Below, in pieces: positions 37,301 through 52,300 of a DNA stretch of 64,000 nucleotides (its first letter is position 1; every line of letters starts with the position of its first letter). Made by a program: the position numbers and the translations under genes. Source of the stretch: Podarcis liolepis (taxonomy: Eukaryota); the NCBI GenBank assembly GCA_965112155.1, contig OZ218100.1, one strand, 5' to 3'. Under the pieces are notes generated by a model. The model was given only the letters and a program-made list of their open reading frames with translations. It ran no database searches and was not told the origin of the DNA.

Positions 37301-40300
37301 GTATCACTTAAGCACCACCCTTGTGGCCGATTGTCTTTGAGGGAGCCGATGATGGCATGGACGAGCTTTCGTTTGAGGTTCATCCTCTCCCGGAGGTGCC
37401 CCTCATAGTAGTGAAGAGTGTTGTATAGGTAGGTCACTGGACGATCTGCCAAGAGGAGAAATGTGTTCACAAACTTAGAGCCAAGTCTGTGTTTAATCCA
37501 TGTTATAAAACTAAACCTTCATTCAGGAAATCCAAGTTCTGTTCCAATAAATCTGGGATTTGTACCAAATATAAATAATGCACTCTGATCATCTTGGGGA
37601 AAATTTAGCCTGCAATTTTTGCTATCTTGTATACTTTACTTCGCTCATTGCAGGAACTTCAAAGATTTCAACTTGTTTTGTCCACACACTTTCAAGAATA
37701 TGTATACAACCGCAAGGACTAGCTTGCAGTTTTCATAATAATAGAAGCTGAGATTTGTACGAAGCTAAATTGTGCAGCCAGCATCACAGAATGCATTATT
37801 TTTTTTTGCACTCTCGCTGAATCGCTGTATGTACATGTAGCCATGCTTGTAGCTTTAAGAATCAAAGGCAGAAGTTCAAATGAGTAGTAGTACCTGTTGC
37901 CTCTTTAATTAACCCTAGATTGTGAAAAACCAGAGAAAATCTCAAGCTAGGCTCATGTTAGAAATAAATTTTGTGTGCTCATGCTCTTTATGGGATAATA
38001 AATCACATCTTTTAATGATAATCTCTGTGGTAACCCTAATACCCCTCTAAGTAGCATCTCTGGCTAAAACATTTCTTCCCCATTTTTTCGAAAGTGTGCA
38101 GGATTGGCACTGGTAACTCAAATATTTCTCCAAACCCAGAGAATAATATTTGGGTATTTGGAATTGGAAAGAGCATGTAATAGTGACCAAAACGTGGAAT
38201 AAGGTCATCCTAGAGGACAATTCTGCAAATACTTTACAGTGACAACAATGGATTAAAGGCCTTAAATTAAACAAACATCAATATACATTAATCACATTGG
38301 AAAGAATTGCTAGTCTCTGGCTTTTCCAGATTACTATAACAGGATATGTTCATCATCAGTGACAATAAAGAACAGTCTCAAAATATGCTTCATAGTAATT
38401 TGAGCAAGATTCTAAGCAGGAGTGTTTAAATGCTTATATGGTAATGTATGAGGTTTCCTAAATCAATCTATATAGCAACAAGCACACCAAAAAAGGGGAA
38501 ATCTGGTAGTGTCAAAATCTGAAAAATTCTGTTCATTTCCCATGCCCCTTTAGTTCATAAAATGCTAAAAAAAACCAATGAGGCAAAAAAAACAAACAGT
38601 TTCACATGCAGAGTAAATACAAATGCCAACATAATCTATTTTGCATTTATCTCAAATTTAAGCTGTTTGATCACATAATTTGGATTTATTTTTAAGCCAC
38701 GAGGGATTAATACCTTTTTCTTAATCCTTGTTCTCAAAAAGGGAGGGAAGTTATGTGTGGCTGTTATTAGCGGTCTACTCAGCATGGTGACTATTACAAT
38801 TCATGTTGTCCCTCATTACTGAACTACTAATCTTTATGGCTTCTCCTCAGCTTTTGAAGTAATTGGAAACATCAACAATCCAGTCTCATACTTCTCTCCC
38901 CAGCTATTTCAAAAGACGACCACCCCAATTAGCTCTTTCCTGCAACCTCATGAGCTTTGATGCATGCATGCCGTTTGACTACATACAAAGGCTTCCACTT
39001 TGCTTCAATATGCTTGCCGGGGCTGGGAGCGGGGTGGGGGGTGGGGTGGAGGTGGGGGCGACTCAGCATACATACATCTGCTTTGTAACATGCAGAATTT
39101 TTCCAACACTAAACATCAACATGGACAGAACTTGACACCTGCACATATGTGCCTGCAGTTTTGGCTCGGCCAAACATGGATGCTATCATACCAGCTCGGC
39201 TGCCATTTTTGAAACGTATATTGACACAGACTTTTGAAGAGGCCTGCACTTTCCATAGTCTTCCTAGGAGTAGCCCCCCCCCCAGCAAGTCTGACGAAGC
39301 CATACGCAATTACTCCTTTACTATGCTGGTGAGACAAGCAAAATTAGCACAGCTGGAACAAGACTCAGACAGAAACAACGCTTCATTGGTGATATTGTTT
39401 ATCATCCACTCAGTTTACAAAGTAATTCAGGTATTTACAGGAAAAAAGGGGGGGGGAGAAACTTACCATGGAATTTGTATAAGCCTCCTAGATGATCTAG
39501 TAAAGTCTCCAGTGATTTGGACACCGGAAGGAGTTCCAGAAATCTGTGAATCACAATGTCAAATACTGGCAGGAAACGGAGACACACGTTTCCAAAGTAT
39601 ATCGGCAAGTACTGGGGCTGGATTTGTACTGGAGGGTTGACTTGCTCTGCTAACCCTTCAAAATATAACTTTTCAGGATACCTCTGTGGAGGGAAAAGTT
39701 TTTAAAATATTAATTTATCTGCCTTGCTTTGATAATAATCCAAACCTAATATTTTATTCTCTAAATGTTCTGAATGCAGATCCCCCCCCCCCGCTACAAT
39801 CCTGTTGTGCACTTGAAAAGCAATGGTGCTTTACATTCATATCTCACTGCAAAATCTCTAGCACAAACTGAGCTCTGTAATTAGAAACACATACAGGCAG
39901 CAAATCATAGAAGGGCTTTTAAAGATTTCTAACCTTAGGTGGGGTGCTGCTGCTAAGAAAATGAATAGGCATGTTTTTGCCACTGGGGAAGTGGTTTTTG
40001 AAGCAGTGAGATGAAAGCAGGTAAGCCTTAGGGTGATTTCAGCCTCAAAGCCCACATCTCAGGCAGTTCACTGTGGCTGGGTATATCTACACATGCAGGA
40101 AACAAAAGCCCTGATGTGTTCTAGGTGGTAAGGCTTGGCCTAGCATCCTCAACTCCCCTAATACTCCCCAGCATCGAAGTGGTTTTGTGTGTGTCTTTGC
40201 CTGTAAGATCTGCCTGTTATCGAACTATACTCCCAGTTTCAAATGTGAAATACTGCCAGCCTTTCTCAGACATAAGAAAACTAATCTTGGTATTAAGCAA

Positions 40301-43300
40301 ATTGCAGTTGCTAGCATTTGTCCAGCGGTGAAGTCAAACTGCTGCATTAGCAGCACTGAAGTGACCTCCAGCCTGGGCAGTGTGCATGGAGGTCCGAGGC
40401 TAATGTGGACCAAAGGAAAACAGAGCAATACGTTTGGTACCAGCTTGGCTGCAGGACGTGCCATAAGGAGGGACTCCCCTCTGGATCTGTGTATGGTTTG
40501 CTCCTTAACCCTTTCTTCTCTCAAAGGTATCTTGCAAAGCAGAAGATGTTTAGAATCAGAGTTTCCTTCTCCTAGATGGGCTACCTTTCCAGGTTGATGA
40601 GCCCCATCTGCCCCTCACTCCCCTCTACAGCATGTGCAGAAACCACCTTCTCAACCATTAGGCCCCTGTTAGTCCCGTCCGCTCAATCCGTTGGAGCCTG
40701 TCTTTGTCCCTAAAGCACCCAGAGTTTGAGACCCATCAGCTACCCTCACCTGGTATAACCAGCCAGTCTAAGCCATTCCCTGGGTGTGGTTGCTGTCGCA
40801 TGTTGACAGCTTTTAGCAGCCCTAGGTGAGTGCTGAGCGCAGGGTGGGGACCAAAGGTGGACAAACTACCTCAGAAGTAGCATGACATGCCCCCCACCAG
40901 AGGCACTACCCCCTCCCCTAGGACCCCATACACCCCTAGCAATTTGCAGTAATAAACAAATAAATGCCTTGAGAAACAAGGTGTAAAGTTAGAAACAATA
41001 TTCTAACTTTACGTATTTCACCACTAAGTAAAGTAACCGAAAGTACCTTGTGGTAGGACATGTGTTTCGTATGCCAGTCATTCTGCAGCCAATGCTCTGG
41101 GGAGTTGTCTTTCACAAATTCACTCACTCGGTTTCGGAAATCATTAGGTTTAAGTAAGAGCAACTGAATGATGAAGTAGCACACTTGGGCTTCGTTGCCC
41201 TCGTGACTGCGCATTGCCTGGAATGGAGAGGATAAAAAGCATCTAAGAGGACAGAAAAATACTACAAATTAAACATTTGTGGCTCACGGAGGGAAATAAA
41301 TAAATTTGTGAGTCAAATCTGTAGCACATGAGCCTGAGATGTTTGGAGAGAGCCACACTGTGCATAGGCGTTTCTATGCTAACGCTAGACGCCTCCATGC
41401 CAAGATGAGCAAGTTGGAATGGTTGGTTTTAAAGGAGTGCATGGATATCTATTTATCTCACACAATTTGTGCATTGTTTGACTGTTAAAAACCTCTAAGC
41501 AGTTTACAAAAATATAAAACAAAACTTTGAAACTATCAATAAAAACAGTTAAAAACAGATATTTAACAATATTCAGAAGATGATTAAAATCAGCACTAGC
41601 TAAAAAGAAAACTCATGTAAGATATATAGTGGGCATGACAGAGACGACCAAAGAGACAATTGTGTCTTCTTTGCATCTGTCGTCACTGTGGAAAATGTGG
41701 GGTTGATCCTTGTGCCTGAATGGACTTTCTCAGAGTGTCTGAGGATCTGAGGGAAACAGTTGTAAAAATATGAACAAATCACTGGGTCCAGGTAGCATCC
41801 ACTAGACTACTTAAAGAACTCAAATGTGAAATTACTAATTTTCTAACAAAAAATGCAACTTGCCCCTACAATCAGCTTTTTAAATTGTTCATAAATGACC
41901 TAGTTAGGAGTGAGCAGTGAGGTGCTATGTATCATAATCGTTCAGCGTGGTAAAAACAAAAAGGAATTGTGAGGAACTCCCCAGAATCTCACTAACTTAG
42001 GACTATTAGTTTTATGGTCGTCATACAAGAGGTATCCTCTGCTGTGGCGTTACTTACCAAACATAAAATCAACCGGTCCAGTGTCACAATGTTGTATTTC
42101 CACACCATGTCATTGAGAATCTCAATACACTTATTGAGCTGCTGGCCCCCAGCTGATGTGGAAAATTCATAGACCAAGAAATCTGCAAATGTCCTTACAT
42201 GAGCCACCAGAGCTCTGGCTCCGATTCTTTCCAATACCCTAACAAACAGGATAGAAAAATGCAATGGTGGCAAATGCAGAATTAATTTAACAACGTGGAC
42301 TGCTAAATATAGATACTCTACCTAAGGCTGCCATTATCAACCAACTAACCTCTAGAGAGCCACTATTTTTAGAACATTTACTCTCAAAATGCATGAAGTA
42401 GGGCAGAACTGATAAAAACCTGCACTAAAAATAGAGTGGTGATTCTAGCCCCTTCTGTCCTAAAACAGATTTCCTCTGGAGTTAGTAGATAGGTCTGCAG
42501 CAGCCCACTTTGTATTGATTTGCACTGATAATGAATTTGGTCTTTTAGGATATGCCTAGCAGACTATTAACATTATACATAATGAATGCCATGGGGATGA
42601 ACCATTTAACCCTGGGCAGCTGCAGAAACCCCCATCTTTGGCAAATATGTTATGTTTCCTTTTACTAGTGTGCTAACTGAAATGTACCTCTGCTTAGAAT
42701 GTTCTGCACAAATCTACTATGCCAGAAACAATCCATCTTGAAATAACTAACCTGTAACCAATTTGGTTAATATGATCAGTCTCCAGAAGCATCTTCCAGA
42801 GGAGACAAAGGAAGAGGGGTGGGGAGCCCTGCATGGAGAAGTGGGTGATGATGTCATTCTCATTGATCATGGACTTCCATTTTCGGTACTCCTCTTCCAC
42901 GTTTTTCTTCAGGTTAAAGCGGCTCTCTTGCGGTACATTATTTTGTTTGAAGAATGCCTGTAATAAAGTGAATTGTTATCCGTTGTCAGATCTGAAAATG
43001 CCTATTTCATCTGAAATTAAGCAAACTACTGTGAGTCATTCTGCTTCTATAATAGAGACATTCAGAAGCGGGATCTTAAAAACTTGGAGGAAGAAATCTT
43101 CTACCTGAAGATGGGACTTAATTTTGGGGCTCCAGCCACTTCCTAATGCCATCCAAGTTGACCCCTCTTGATTTCCCCCTAAATCTCCAGCATTGCCAAT
43201 ATAAAGACTGCCACTTTTCTGGCTTTCTTTCTCACAAGGGAGCCATGTGTTCCAATTTGTGCCAGAGACAGGCCTGAGTAACTGATAAAATATTTTTAGA

Positions 43301-46300
43301 ATATCGGGTTGTGGAGGGAACAATTATCTCAGAAACCTTGCATCCTGTAATCATTTTGCAACTAGCAAACACTAATCCAGTTATGTCTAATGCCTCCCAC
43401 ATCTCATCTCAAGTCTCTGGCAATGTGTGGACTGCAGGGGTCCTACACCATGCCCACCTTTTTCACTCCTCCAACCCCTTTCACTAACTATTTAGTATGA
43501 AGGCGACTTCTGGAGAGTTTGAAGCTCACTGTTTCGTGATGGAGGAACTGGACATGGCTAGGCTGAATCCTTTCTTTCCCCCCAACACCCATGGCTCAAC
43601 TTTAATAGGTGGATGAGGCTGTCCACCTGTCACTCACCTGATGCCATTATGACCTCAGAACTGGAAAGGGGCTCACTTTCAAAGGGAACAGCTCTTGAAT
43701 ACAAATGGCATGCAAACCTACTTCAAAATGGATGGCTCTCAGTGCCTACACTAGGGAATCCCAGATGGGGAACTACTTTGTATAGCCAATCCTAGTGGGG
43801 TTTCCTATAAGTGAGAGGGAGCCCTGCAAAAGGCAGTTTAAGGTCCTGACTGTTTCTTTGCATCCATGTCTTTACCTGCCTATACCTGACACCACATAGG
43901 ATGTCCAGTGTGGGGCAGGTGGGTGTGGTCTGGGGAAACAGTTTTGCAGGCCAAATCAGGACTCCTAACCAGGCCTAATAATGAGGCCCACAGGGTGGAG
44001 GTTCCTCACCACTGCTTTAGCTGGTCCCAAGAAAGGTATTAGGCTCCTGTGACATCTGGTTTCTTTTTCTGATTTCTTAACGCCTTCTTAGAAACACAGG
44101 GCTTTCTCTATACAGATGAAGGCAGCAGCAATTCAAAGTTCATACTCATTTCACCAGACGAGGCTAAAAGCAAAAATGACCTGCCACACGTTTTGTTATG
44201 TGACTTCTGCAAAAATCCCTAATAAGGGGTACATTTTGTTGGTAGTGATTTCTTGTTTAAACCTTTAAACCTGTACCCCTTTAAATCTCATCCTCCAAAA
44301 TATACAAAAAACACTGTTGGGAAGCTTCCTTCACGTAGTTTTACTGTGAGGTGACTTTTAAAAAGTAAGAGAAACAGTATGTTCTTCCATCCTAACTTGC
44401 TCAAAGGTGAAGACATACTTGCATAATTGGTTCTGGTTTTTTTTAACTACCTGAAGTGGAGCCGGAAAACAGCTCAAGGTGTGTGAAGCCCAGTTATGGG
44501 GAGTAAAGCTCATGATGGTCTGCAGTATATCCTTGCACCAAGTGCCCTGAATGGAATCCGACCCTGTGAAAAAATCTAAGACAGACATCTAAATGTAATT
44601 ACTTACTTAAATAGCTAAAACAAATACAGTGGATTGATCAATAGTCATCTTTATTCCCCACAGATACTATATGCATTATTACTGGTATTGTAATTTTAAC
44701 AATTCAAGACCTCCACAGGTTTCCTTTTCCAGATTTAATTACTCATTCTGACTAGACTCTCTTTTAGATTAACCAGAGTTGAGCGTTATATTTCAATCCT
44801 AAACTGTGGTTAATCTTAGCTATGGTCAGAGAAAACAAGTCAGCTGCATAAACTATAGTTTGAAGGTGGCTTATTTTACATAACTATAGTTTGTCCAGGT
44901 TAAGAGATCATGGCAAGCTGTGATTAGTTTAAAGTGGATCTGAAAGCTTCTAAACCTATTGTGACTATGATGGAAGAGGGCGTAATATGTGAGCCTGAGG
45001 CTAGATGTGGCCTCATAACAGTTCACTCCTTCAAGCATTGTAACAATGCAGTGAAAGCATAAAGAATTCAAGACTTGTAAAAGAAAAATTTAGCGCACAG
45101 ACTGTATTAATGCTCACATCTTGTGCTTTCCTTTGATATATTCAAAACCTTCTGTAAAACTGAGAGATAATGACTGTTACCTGTGACATGCGTTGCTCTT
45201 GCCAGAGTCAAAATAAGTGCTCTGTTAAGTTCCTCCGATTCTGCTGAAAGGACTGTCTTGGGTTCATTAAGGAAGCGGGTGAATTGTGGCTGGACCTCAG
45301 AGCTACCCAAAGCAGTGATCAGTCGTAGAGCAGTGCTTTCAACACTATAAGGAGAATATGTTAGCTATGTTTTCAGGGAGAAACAGGGTTGTTAATGATA
45401 ATTGCAGGAAATCAAAGCAGGAGACATCTTGCTTCAAGCATTATTACAGGAAGCATGGCAAGATTCATTTGACTTCATAATCACGAGATTTGAGTTTTCA
45501 AGTTTTGCACTTTACACGAGTTCGCCCTGAATTGACTACCCATATTTCCATGAATACATATTGGCCTGGTTTGCGTGACTCGGTAAGCGTACCATGACTG
45601 CGCACACTTGTGGGCTCCCAAAGAGGAGCTAGCAGCAGCACTACTCCTCTCTAATCTTGCTTATTCTAGCTCTGCACTGAGCTAAGCCAACCTTTTAGCT
45701 TAGTGTGTTGCCTGAACGTGTGCACATGGTTCACCTTTTTCTTCTCTGTGGCCAAAGTTGGTTCTGTAGTGTTTGAATCATCTTTTGGCCGAGAAACATT
45801 TTTGACCCAATCCCTCTTCCATGGTTTTCTGCTCTGTGTGATGCTTCCAAAGCAGAAATAGATTTACAGTAGCAACACTTACCACAGATGAAGCTGGTTC
45901 TGATTAGTCTGTGCCACAGCGGCTAAGGAATGAAGGTTACTGAGCAGTTGAACTCTGTAATGAGGTTGGATATGGTGCATGCGATAGCTGAACATCTCCA
46001 GGAGAGTATGCAAGATTCCCCAAGCGTGAGACTTAAAAACAGTGGGTAGCAGTTGGCCTGAAAAGAAAAATATGAAATCAACTATTTTTTCAGTGAAACA
46101 TTCAGAGGAATATATTTTTCTTACAGGCACAAATAGAATCAGGCAAGTTCAGGCATGTTTCTTTTTTCCTTTTTTTTAAAGCCCTATGTCCTTTTTTTTT
46201 TTTAAGCCCTACGGCATTGACAATATATGCCACATAGTTAGATCTTAGCAACATTCAGGTAGAATAGGTATACACTATTATGCAATTACGCAGAATACTA

Positions 46301-49300
46301 CATTATTCATTTATATAATGGCTGCCTGAACAGGAGCTTAAAGCAGGAGTCCCTATTATTCAATGCTTGTCATCTCTTCTTTAAAGAAGATATTACATGC
46401 ACTGAGTAATACAAATGATGTAGACAATTTTGTTGAAATATGGCATCCTTTTATAAAATACTTCACTGATAACCCTGAAAACACAGATTGGACTTGGGCA
46501 AACCCAGCAAGGTTAACTGTGAGGTTAAAGCCTGCATGTTATTTGGGTTCCTTGGAAGAAGTGTGGGATAAATATGTTAATAAAAGCAAGAATAAAAATA
46601 ACAAGATAAATTTCCTTCAGTATGCATAGTGTTGAGCTGGTTTGTTCTCAGTTCAAATCCTAGCTTATCAACAAACTAACTGGGTGGTGCCAAGCAAGCC
46701 ATTCCCTTTTTATCCTGAGTCCCCTATCAGTAATTAAGGATAATACTATTGTTTCTGTCTTACACATATCATAAGAATGGTTGAGATGAAAGTGCTTTGG
46801 CTATTCAGGAAAGTACTATATGTATTATTATAATATGCATGCTATTTATTTCTTCTTGATCTCAGATTTTTCTTTGTGATGGTATCACGTATTAGAAAAT
46901 AATTTAAAGTTATCATGCCAGATAGAGAATGCCTGCAAAATAACTTAACATATATCTAAACAAAAGTTATAATAACTGGATCTTGGTCCTGAACCAGATT
47001 GCATAGAAGTATGTATCAATTTACATTATGCAGGGCCCAAAAGTGTAAGCACTTTGGAGTATTCACAGGGCAGCCCAAGCCAGGGATGTTTATGTATATT
47101 GATTTGGCAGCAGAGGCCCAAATTTCAACCATATCTGTTGACATTTTTAAAAATCAATCAAACAAGATTTCTTACTTATAAAACCTTTGATGCCTAGGGA
47201 TTCTATTTCCATATAAACCAGCAAGCGACTATATGTTTCCACAAGCGCTGGAGCCAAGGCTAAGCTAGATTTCGCATGGGCCAGTTTGATCACTCTGGTA
47301 GCTATGCTGTGAATGAGGCTGGGGAGAAAAAGAAACCATGTTATTTTCAAAGCCATTTGGTTGAAGTTAGTTTTCTGAGAATACAGATCTTCTGCACTGC
47401 AATACACACACTTGACTCTTCTGTAACTTTCAGATACTGAGCATACTCTACCTCATCTTGGCATGAACCGTCAGCGAATCCAAGAGGTTCATTGGCAAAG
47501 GTGTGATGGATCCTGAAGCCATACAATTGGTTCCTGGGAGAGGTATTCTCATGTTGCCATTTCCGTAAATAGTTTCCACTAGAACACCCATAGGCAACGT
47601 GAAGCATTCTGAATTGGTGGAATAAGCATTGCACAACAGGGCAATCTTGTAGTCATTCATCTGCAAACTTTTATTTCTTAGACTCTGTTGCAGGAATCTG
47701 CGAGGAAGTTCAATGAAAGGGAAAAGAGTGACTGTCCCAGAAATGCCTGAGCAACGGAAGTTTGCATCTGATGGTAGAGTTGCATCCTAAATCTAAAAAA
47801 CAACAACCTATCAATCTCATTCTAGGTAATATACAGAGGAAATCTATATCTCTGCTGCGTAAAGCCTTTTCTTTTCCACCAGGTCTTTGATTTTGGGAAT
47901 GCCAATTGTTTCTGCATTTTAACATGCTGTGAAGTGCCTAGACAACCCAGTTGGATAAGCAGCATAAGCTAATTAATAACTCAAAGCCCCTTCCTATTTT
48001 CCTGTTGAGTTTTACCACTTCTCTGGTGATGCTTCTGTTCACTTGTTACTTTTTGCTGCAGTGGTTTCTTTTATCATAATTAAACTGCCTTCCACGGTGT
48101 GTTTTTAATGGCTTTTAATGCCTGAGGTGTGTTTTTATGGGAAAGAAGTACAGAAATTCTGCACATGACTATAATAAACAAAACATTCATCTTTTATCGC
48201 CCTTGCCTCTCTCTCCATTCTCTGTTGTGTTCGTTACCCTTCTCTATTCCTTACCCTGTCAACTTTTAAATATTAAGCTCCTTCAGGAAGACACCTAGGT
48301 AACTTTGCAAAATGGCAATTGTGTGAATGCCGCTGCATAAGTGAACAATAAGGAAGCCAAGTGAGCAAGGTAACATGAAGCAGAGCTGGAGTAAGATTTG
48401 GGAGGATACAAGTTATCAGGAAAAGAGAGACCCTGGGTCTAAGACGTCCCAGTACGTTTCTGAGCGCAATTCAAAGCGTTGGTGCTGACCTCTAAAGCCC
48501 TAAATGGCCTTGGCCCTGTATACCTGAAGGAGCATCTCCATCAACATTGTTCAGCCTGGACACTGAGGTCTGCCTTCTGCTGGTTCCTTCACTGTGAAAA
48601 GTGAGGTGGCAGAGGGCCTTCTCGGTTGTGGCGTATGCCCTGTGGAACGCCCTCCCATCAGATGTCAAAGAAATAAACAACTATCTGACTTTAAGAAGAC
48701 ATCTGAATGCAGCCCTGTACAGGGAATTTTTTAAAGTTTGATGTTTTACTGTGTTTTTATTATTCTGCTGGGGGCCGCCCAGAGTGGCTGGGGCAACTCA
48801 GTCAGATGGGCAGCATACTAATACTAAAATACTACTAACGATGATGATGATGATAATGCAGTAGCTACAGCAAAGGTGTGGCAAGCACACTTGACCAGGG
48901 ATCACACAACATGAGATACTATTTGTTAACTGTCAGCTATAGGAGTCAGCTATACAATTGAAAAGAGGTATTATATAGAAAGCAATTACTCATGGTGAAG
49001 CTTGAGAGAATGAGGAATTGGAATTTGTAGCTTAGAATTGTCACTGTGAGCCTTCCTGTTCAGATGTATCCAGATACAGGTCATTGCAAAAGCGTGTGTT
49101 GATTGGGGCTTGTTGATATCAGGTACAGGAATACACTGAGGAAAGAAGAAACATGAAGTTAAATTCTACTGGCTGTCATACAACTTAAAGCATTTAGACT
49201 TGGTGAATCCCAGTTTGACTCTTAGGAGTCTTCACATCAATAAAGGAATTCTCTTGTAAATCAGTAGATAAATACCCCAAAACTGAAACCACTTTCTCTA

Positions 49301-52300
49301 ACGCACTACAGTTAAAAGAACTGAAATGTTGCATGTAGATTAGCATAAAACCAAGGAACAGGACTGGCATATCTTACATTAAAAGCAACAATGAGAATTC
49401 ACATGCAAACACAGAAATAAAAGCACACGTCCTGGCTTGCAGCGGGGGCGGGCGGGGGTGGTGGTGGTGGGAATGGAGATTAACATTGTCAAAGAATTTC
49501 TCTTCTGTGTAAGCTATTCACATCCTAGCTAGGCTGCAGATTTTTTTTTTATAGGCTGGCAATTATCCAAAACATTTTTATCTCACCTTTGCTCAAAAAC
49601 TTCAATGAGCCTTAACGATAAAACCAAAGAATAATGATATGTAAAAAAACAAAACCCAACACACACACACACCAAAAAAAGAAAAGCAGCAGAGCAAATC
49701 ATACAGTTCAAAACACCCAATTAAAAGAGTTTCCAGCAGAGTTAATACATAAAAATTCAATGGGCTTCCTAAAAAGGAAGGTCTTTCTATGGCAAAAAGC
49801 AGCTAATGAGGGGCAAATCACAGCTATGAAGAAGGCTATTTCCCAACCAGATATATTTTTTTTTGGTGGGGGTGGGGGTAAACATGTAGGAAGGACACCA
49901 ATACTGAGCTGAGCAAGATGCCAGTGTAGTAAAGGAGAAGGCAGTTCTTTAGGTCAGAACTTTCCAAATTGTGTGTCGCGACACGTTAGTCTATCGGTTG
50001 CAGTGTGCAGGTGTGTTGCACAAATGCTCCCCATACTCCTCCTGGGGCTGGAAAGGGTTAGTTTAACCTCTTGTTTGCTAGTAAAACTGAATTACTGTGT
50101 CGTAAAATGATGCATATCTAAAAAGTGTTACCAACATGAAAAGTTGGGAAAGTTCTGCTTTAGGGTTATTATTCTGAGCTGGCCCAAACGTAAGGCGACT
50201 GCTCATGGTTAACACATGGCCAGGGTCTGTAGTTTCCAGGACTGTGAGTAGCTGGAGCATCAGCAAAATCTCTTCTAAACCTTGTTCCAATCTCATTTTG
50301 ATCCCTCATCACTTTCTTTGTTATTCTTACAGGCATCGTACTGTCTTATCTGCTTATAGGCATTGTATCAAACTGTTTATGTTCCTCCTCCCTTTTTGAT
50401 TTTGTGTTACAATCCTGGGCAGGGGTCAGCAAACTTTTTTGGGAGGGGGGTGGTTCACTGTCCCCCAGTCCTTTTGGCGGGCCGGACTGTGTGCATGGGC
50501 ACGCAGGGGAGGGCTGGGGATGGGCACGCAGGGAAGGCTTCTCTCTCATCCCCAGCCCTCCCCTCCCCCTGCCTACCTTCTCTGCCGCTCTGCCTGCGGT
50601 TGGGAGCCAGTGGTGGCACCTCTCCTTTCCTTGCCAGCTTTCCCTGGGCAGGTGGCAAGTCTTCCTATTAAAGCCCAGCCCCCTTCCTCAACAGGGCAGG
50701 GAGAAGTCAGGAAGAGGGAGGGAAGAGGGGTTGACACGGTGTGTGTGGAGGGGGGAAATTGTGAAAAAAATGGCGCCCAAATTGTTTTTTTTTTTTTTTA
50801 ATAAAACAGTGATCGCGCCAATCCAAGCAGCGACTCCAGAACCATCCATGGGCCAGATCCAGAGGGCAAATGGGCCTTACTTTGCTGACCCCTGATCTTG
50901 GGTTTCTGTTAATATGTCAATATTCTTCTGCCATGCATCGTTTCTCTTGACAGATCTTGCTTTTTACTATCTCATGTCTCCAAATTTATTCCGTTTCAGT
51001 TGCTTCTTAATTTCATTACACAAAATATAAAAAGCTGCTTGTTTTACTATCTTAAATTTGAGCAAATCAGTATTTCCCATATTCTTGTTCCCAAATCTCT
51101 TCTTTTTCCCTTTCCTTTCAACTGTCACCTTCTTGGGAACTGTAAGACATTTTAAGAAAATACTTGTTTTATTTGCCTGGGGGGGTGTCTTTTCAGGGAA
51201 AATATGAGTAGTAAATCATAATAAACGTATTTCACATAGAAGACTCACTTCCTTCTCTGGGTAGAGGAGGTCAAAAAGCTTCATAACAGGGAGGAAGTCT
51301 GCTAATGCATTTTTCTGAATGCTTCCAGAGATGAACTGTAATAATACCCACATCAGATGGTCTCTGCCTTTGATTAGGCCTCGTCCTGCTAACTGTAAAA
51401 AAGATACACTGAGCAGCAAGTCCACACTCCAAGACAAGAACTGGAACACTGAACATCTTTTCTAGTTTTCTATAAAATATATACTTTCACTTGGGAAATA
51501 ATACACACTCTCACCCTTCTGCAAGATGCTGTGAACTAATGACCTGTCGGTGCATTAGAATTATATAACATGGGCAGACGAAGACTTGTGACTAATATTT
51601 TTAAGTCAACAAATAACAGAAATTTGAAAGGTGTCTGCTGCCTTTTTTTAAAGACAGTTAATACATACTTTCAAAAGGAGAACTGCCTCTCTCATATATA
51701 AACAATACAAAAATGAAGTTGACTGTTCAAATTGCTCAGTTTCACCTGGATGGACTCTGTAAGTGAGGGTAACACATCAAAATTTCCTCAGGATACAGTC
51801 ATACCTTGGTTGTTGAACGGAATCCATTCCAGAAGTCCGTTTGACTTCCGAAAACGGTCAACAACCAAGGCATGGCTTCCGATTGGCTGCATGAGCTTCC
51901 TGCACTCAATTGGAAGCTGCATTGGACATTCAGCTTCCAAAGAACATTCACAAACTGGAACACTCATGTCTGGGTTTGTGGAGTTCGGGAGCTGAAACGT
52001 TCGAGTTGCAAGGCCTTCGGGATCCAAGGTACGACTGTATTTTGCACCTCATTTCTCTTGTAGCAACAAATATTCATTGCTAGGCTTCTTCCTTAATCAT
52101 AGTTCACCATGTGCAGCAGCAGAATGGCAAATCTCTGCATCCACCCACCCACCAATTTATTATTTATTTTCTTTGTTAAATTTGTATACCACCCTATACC
52201 CACAGGTCTCAGGGCTGGTGCTGGTTTTGGGGCATGGAAGCAGATGAAACTGTGAGTGGGCAGGGCAGAAGCTAATTTCATGAAGGTTACGGGATAACCA

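Noticed and set aside
39149-39640. 163-aa + strand ORF
   Set aside because: Antisense shadow of a MED23 exon plus repeat sequence; no recognisable protein.
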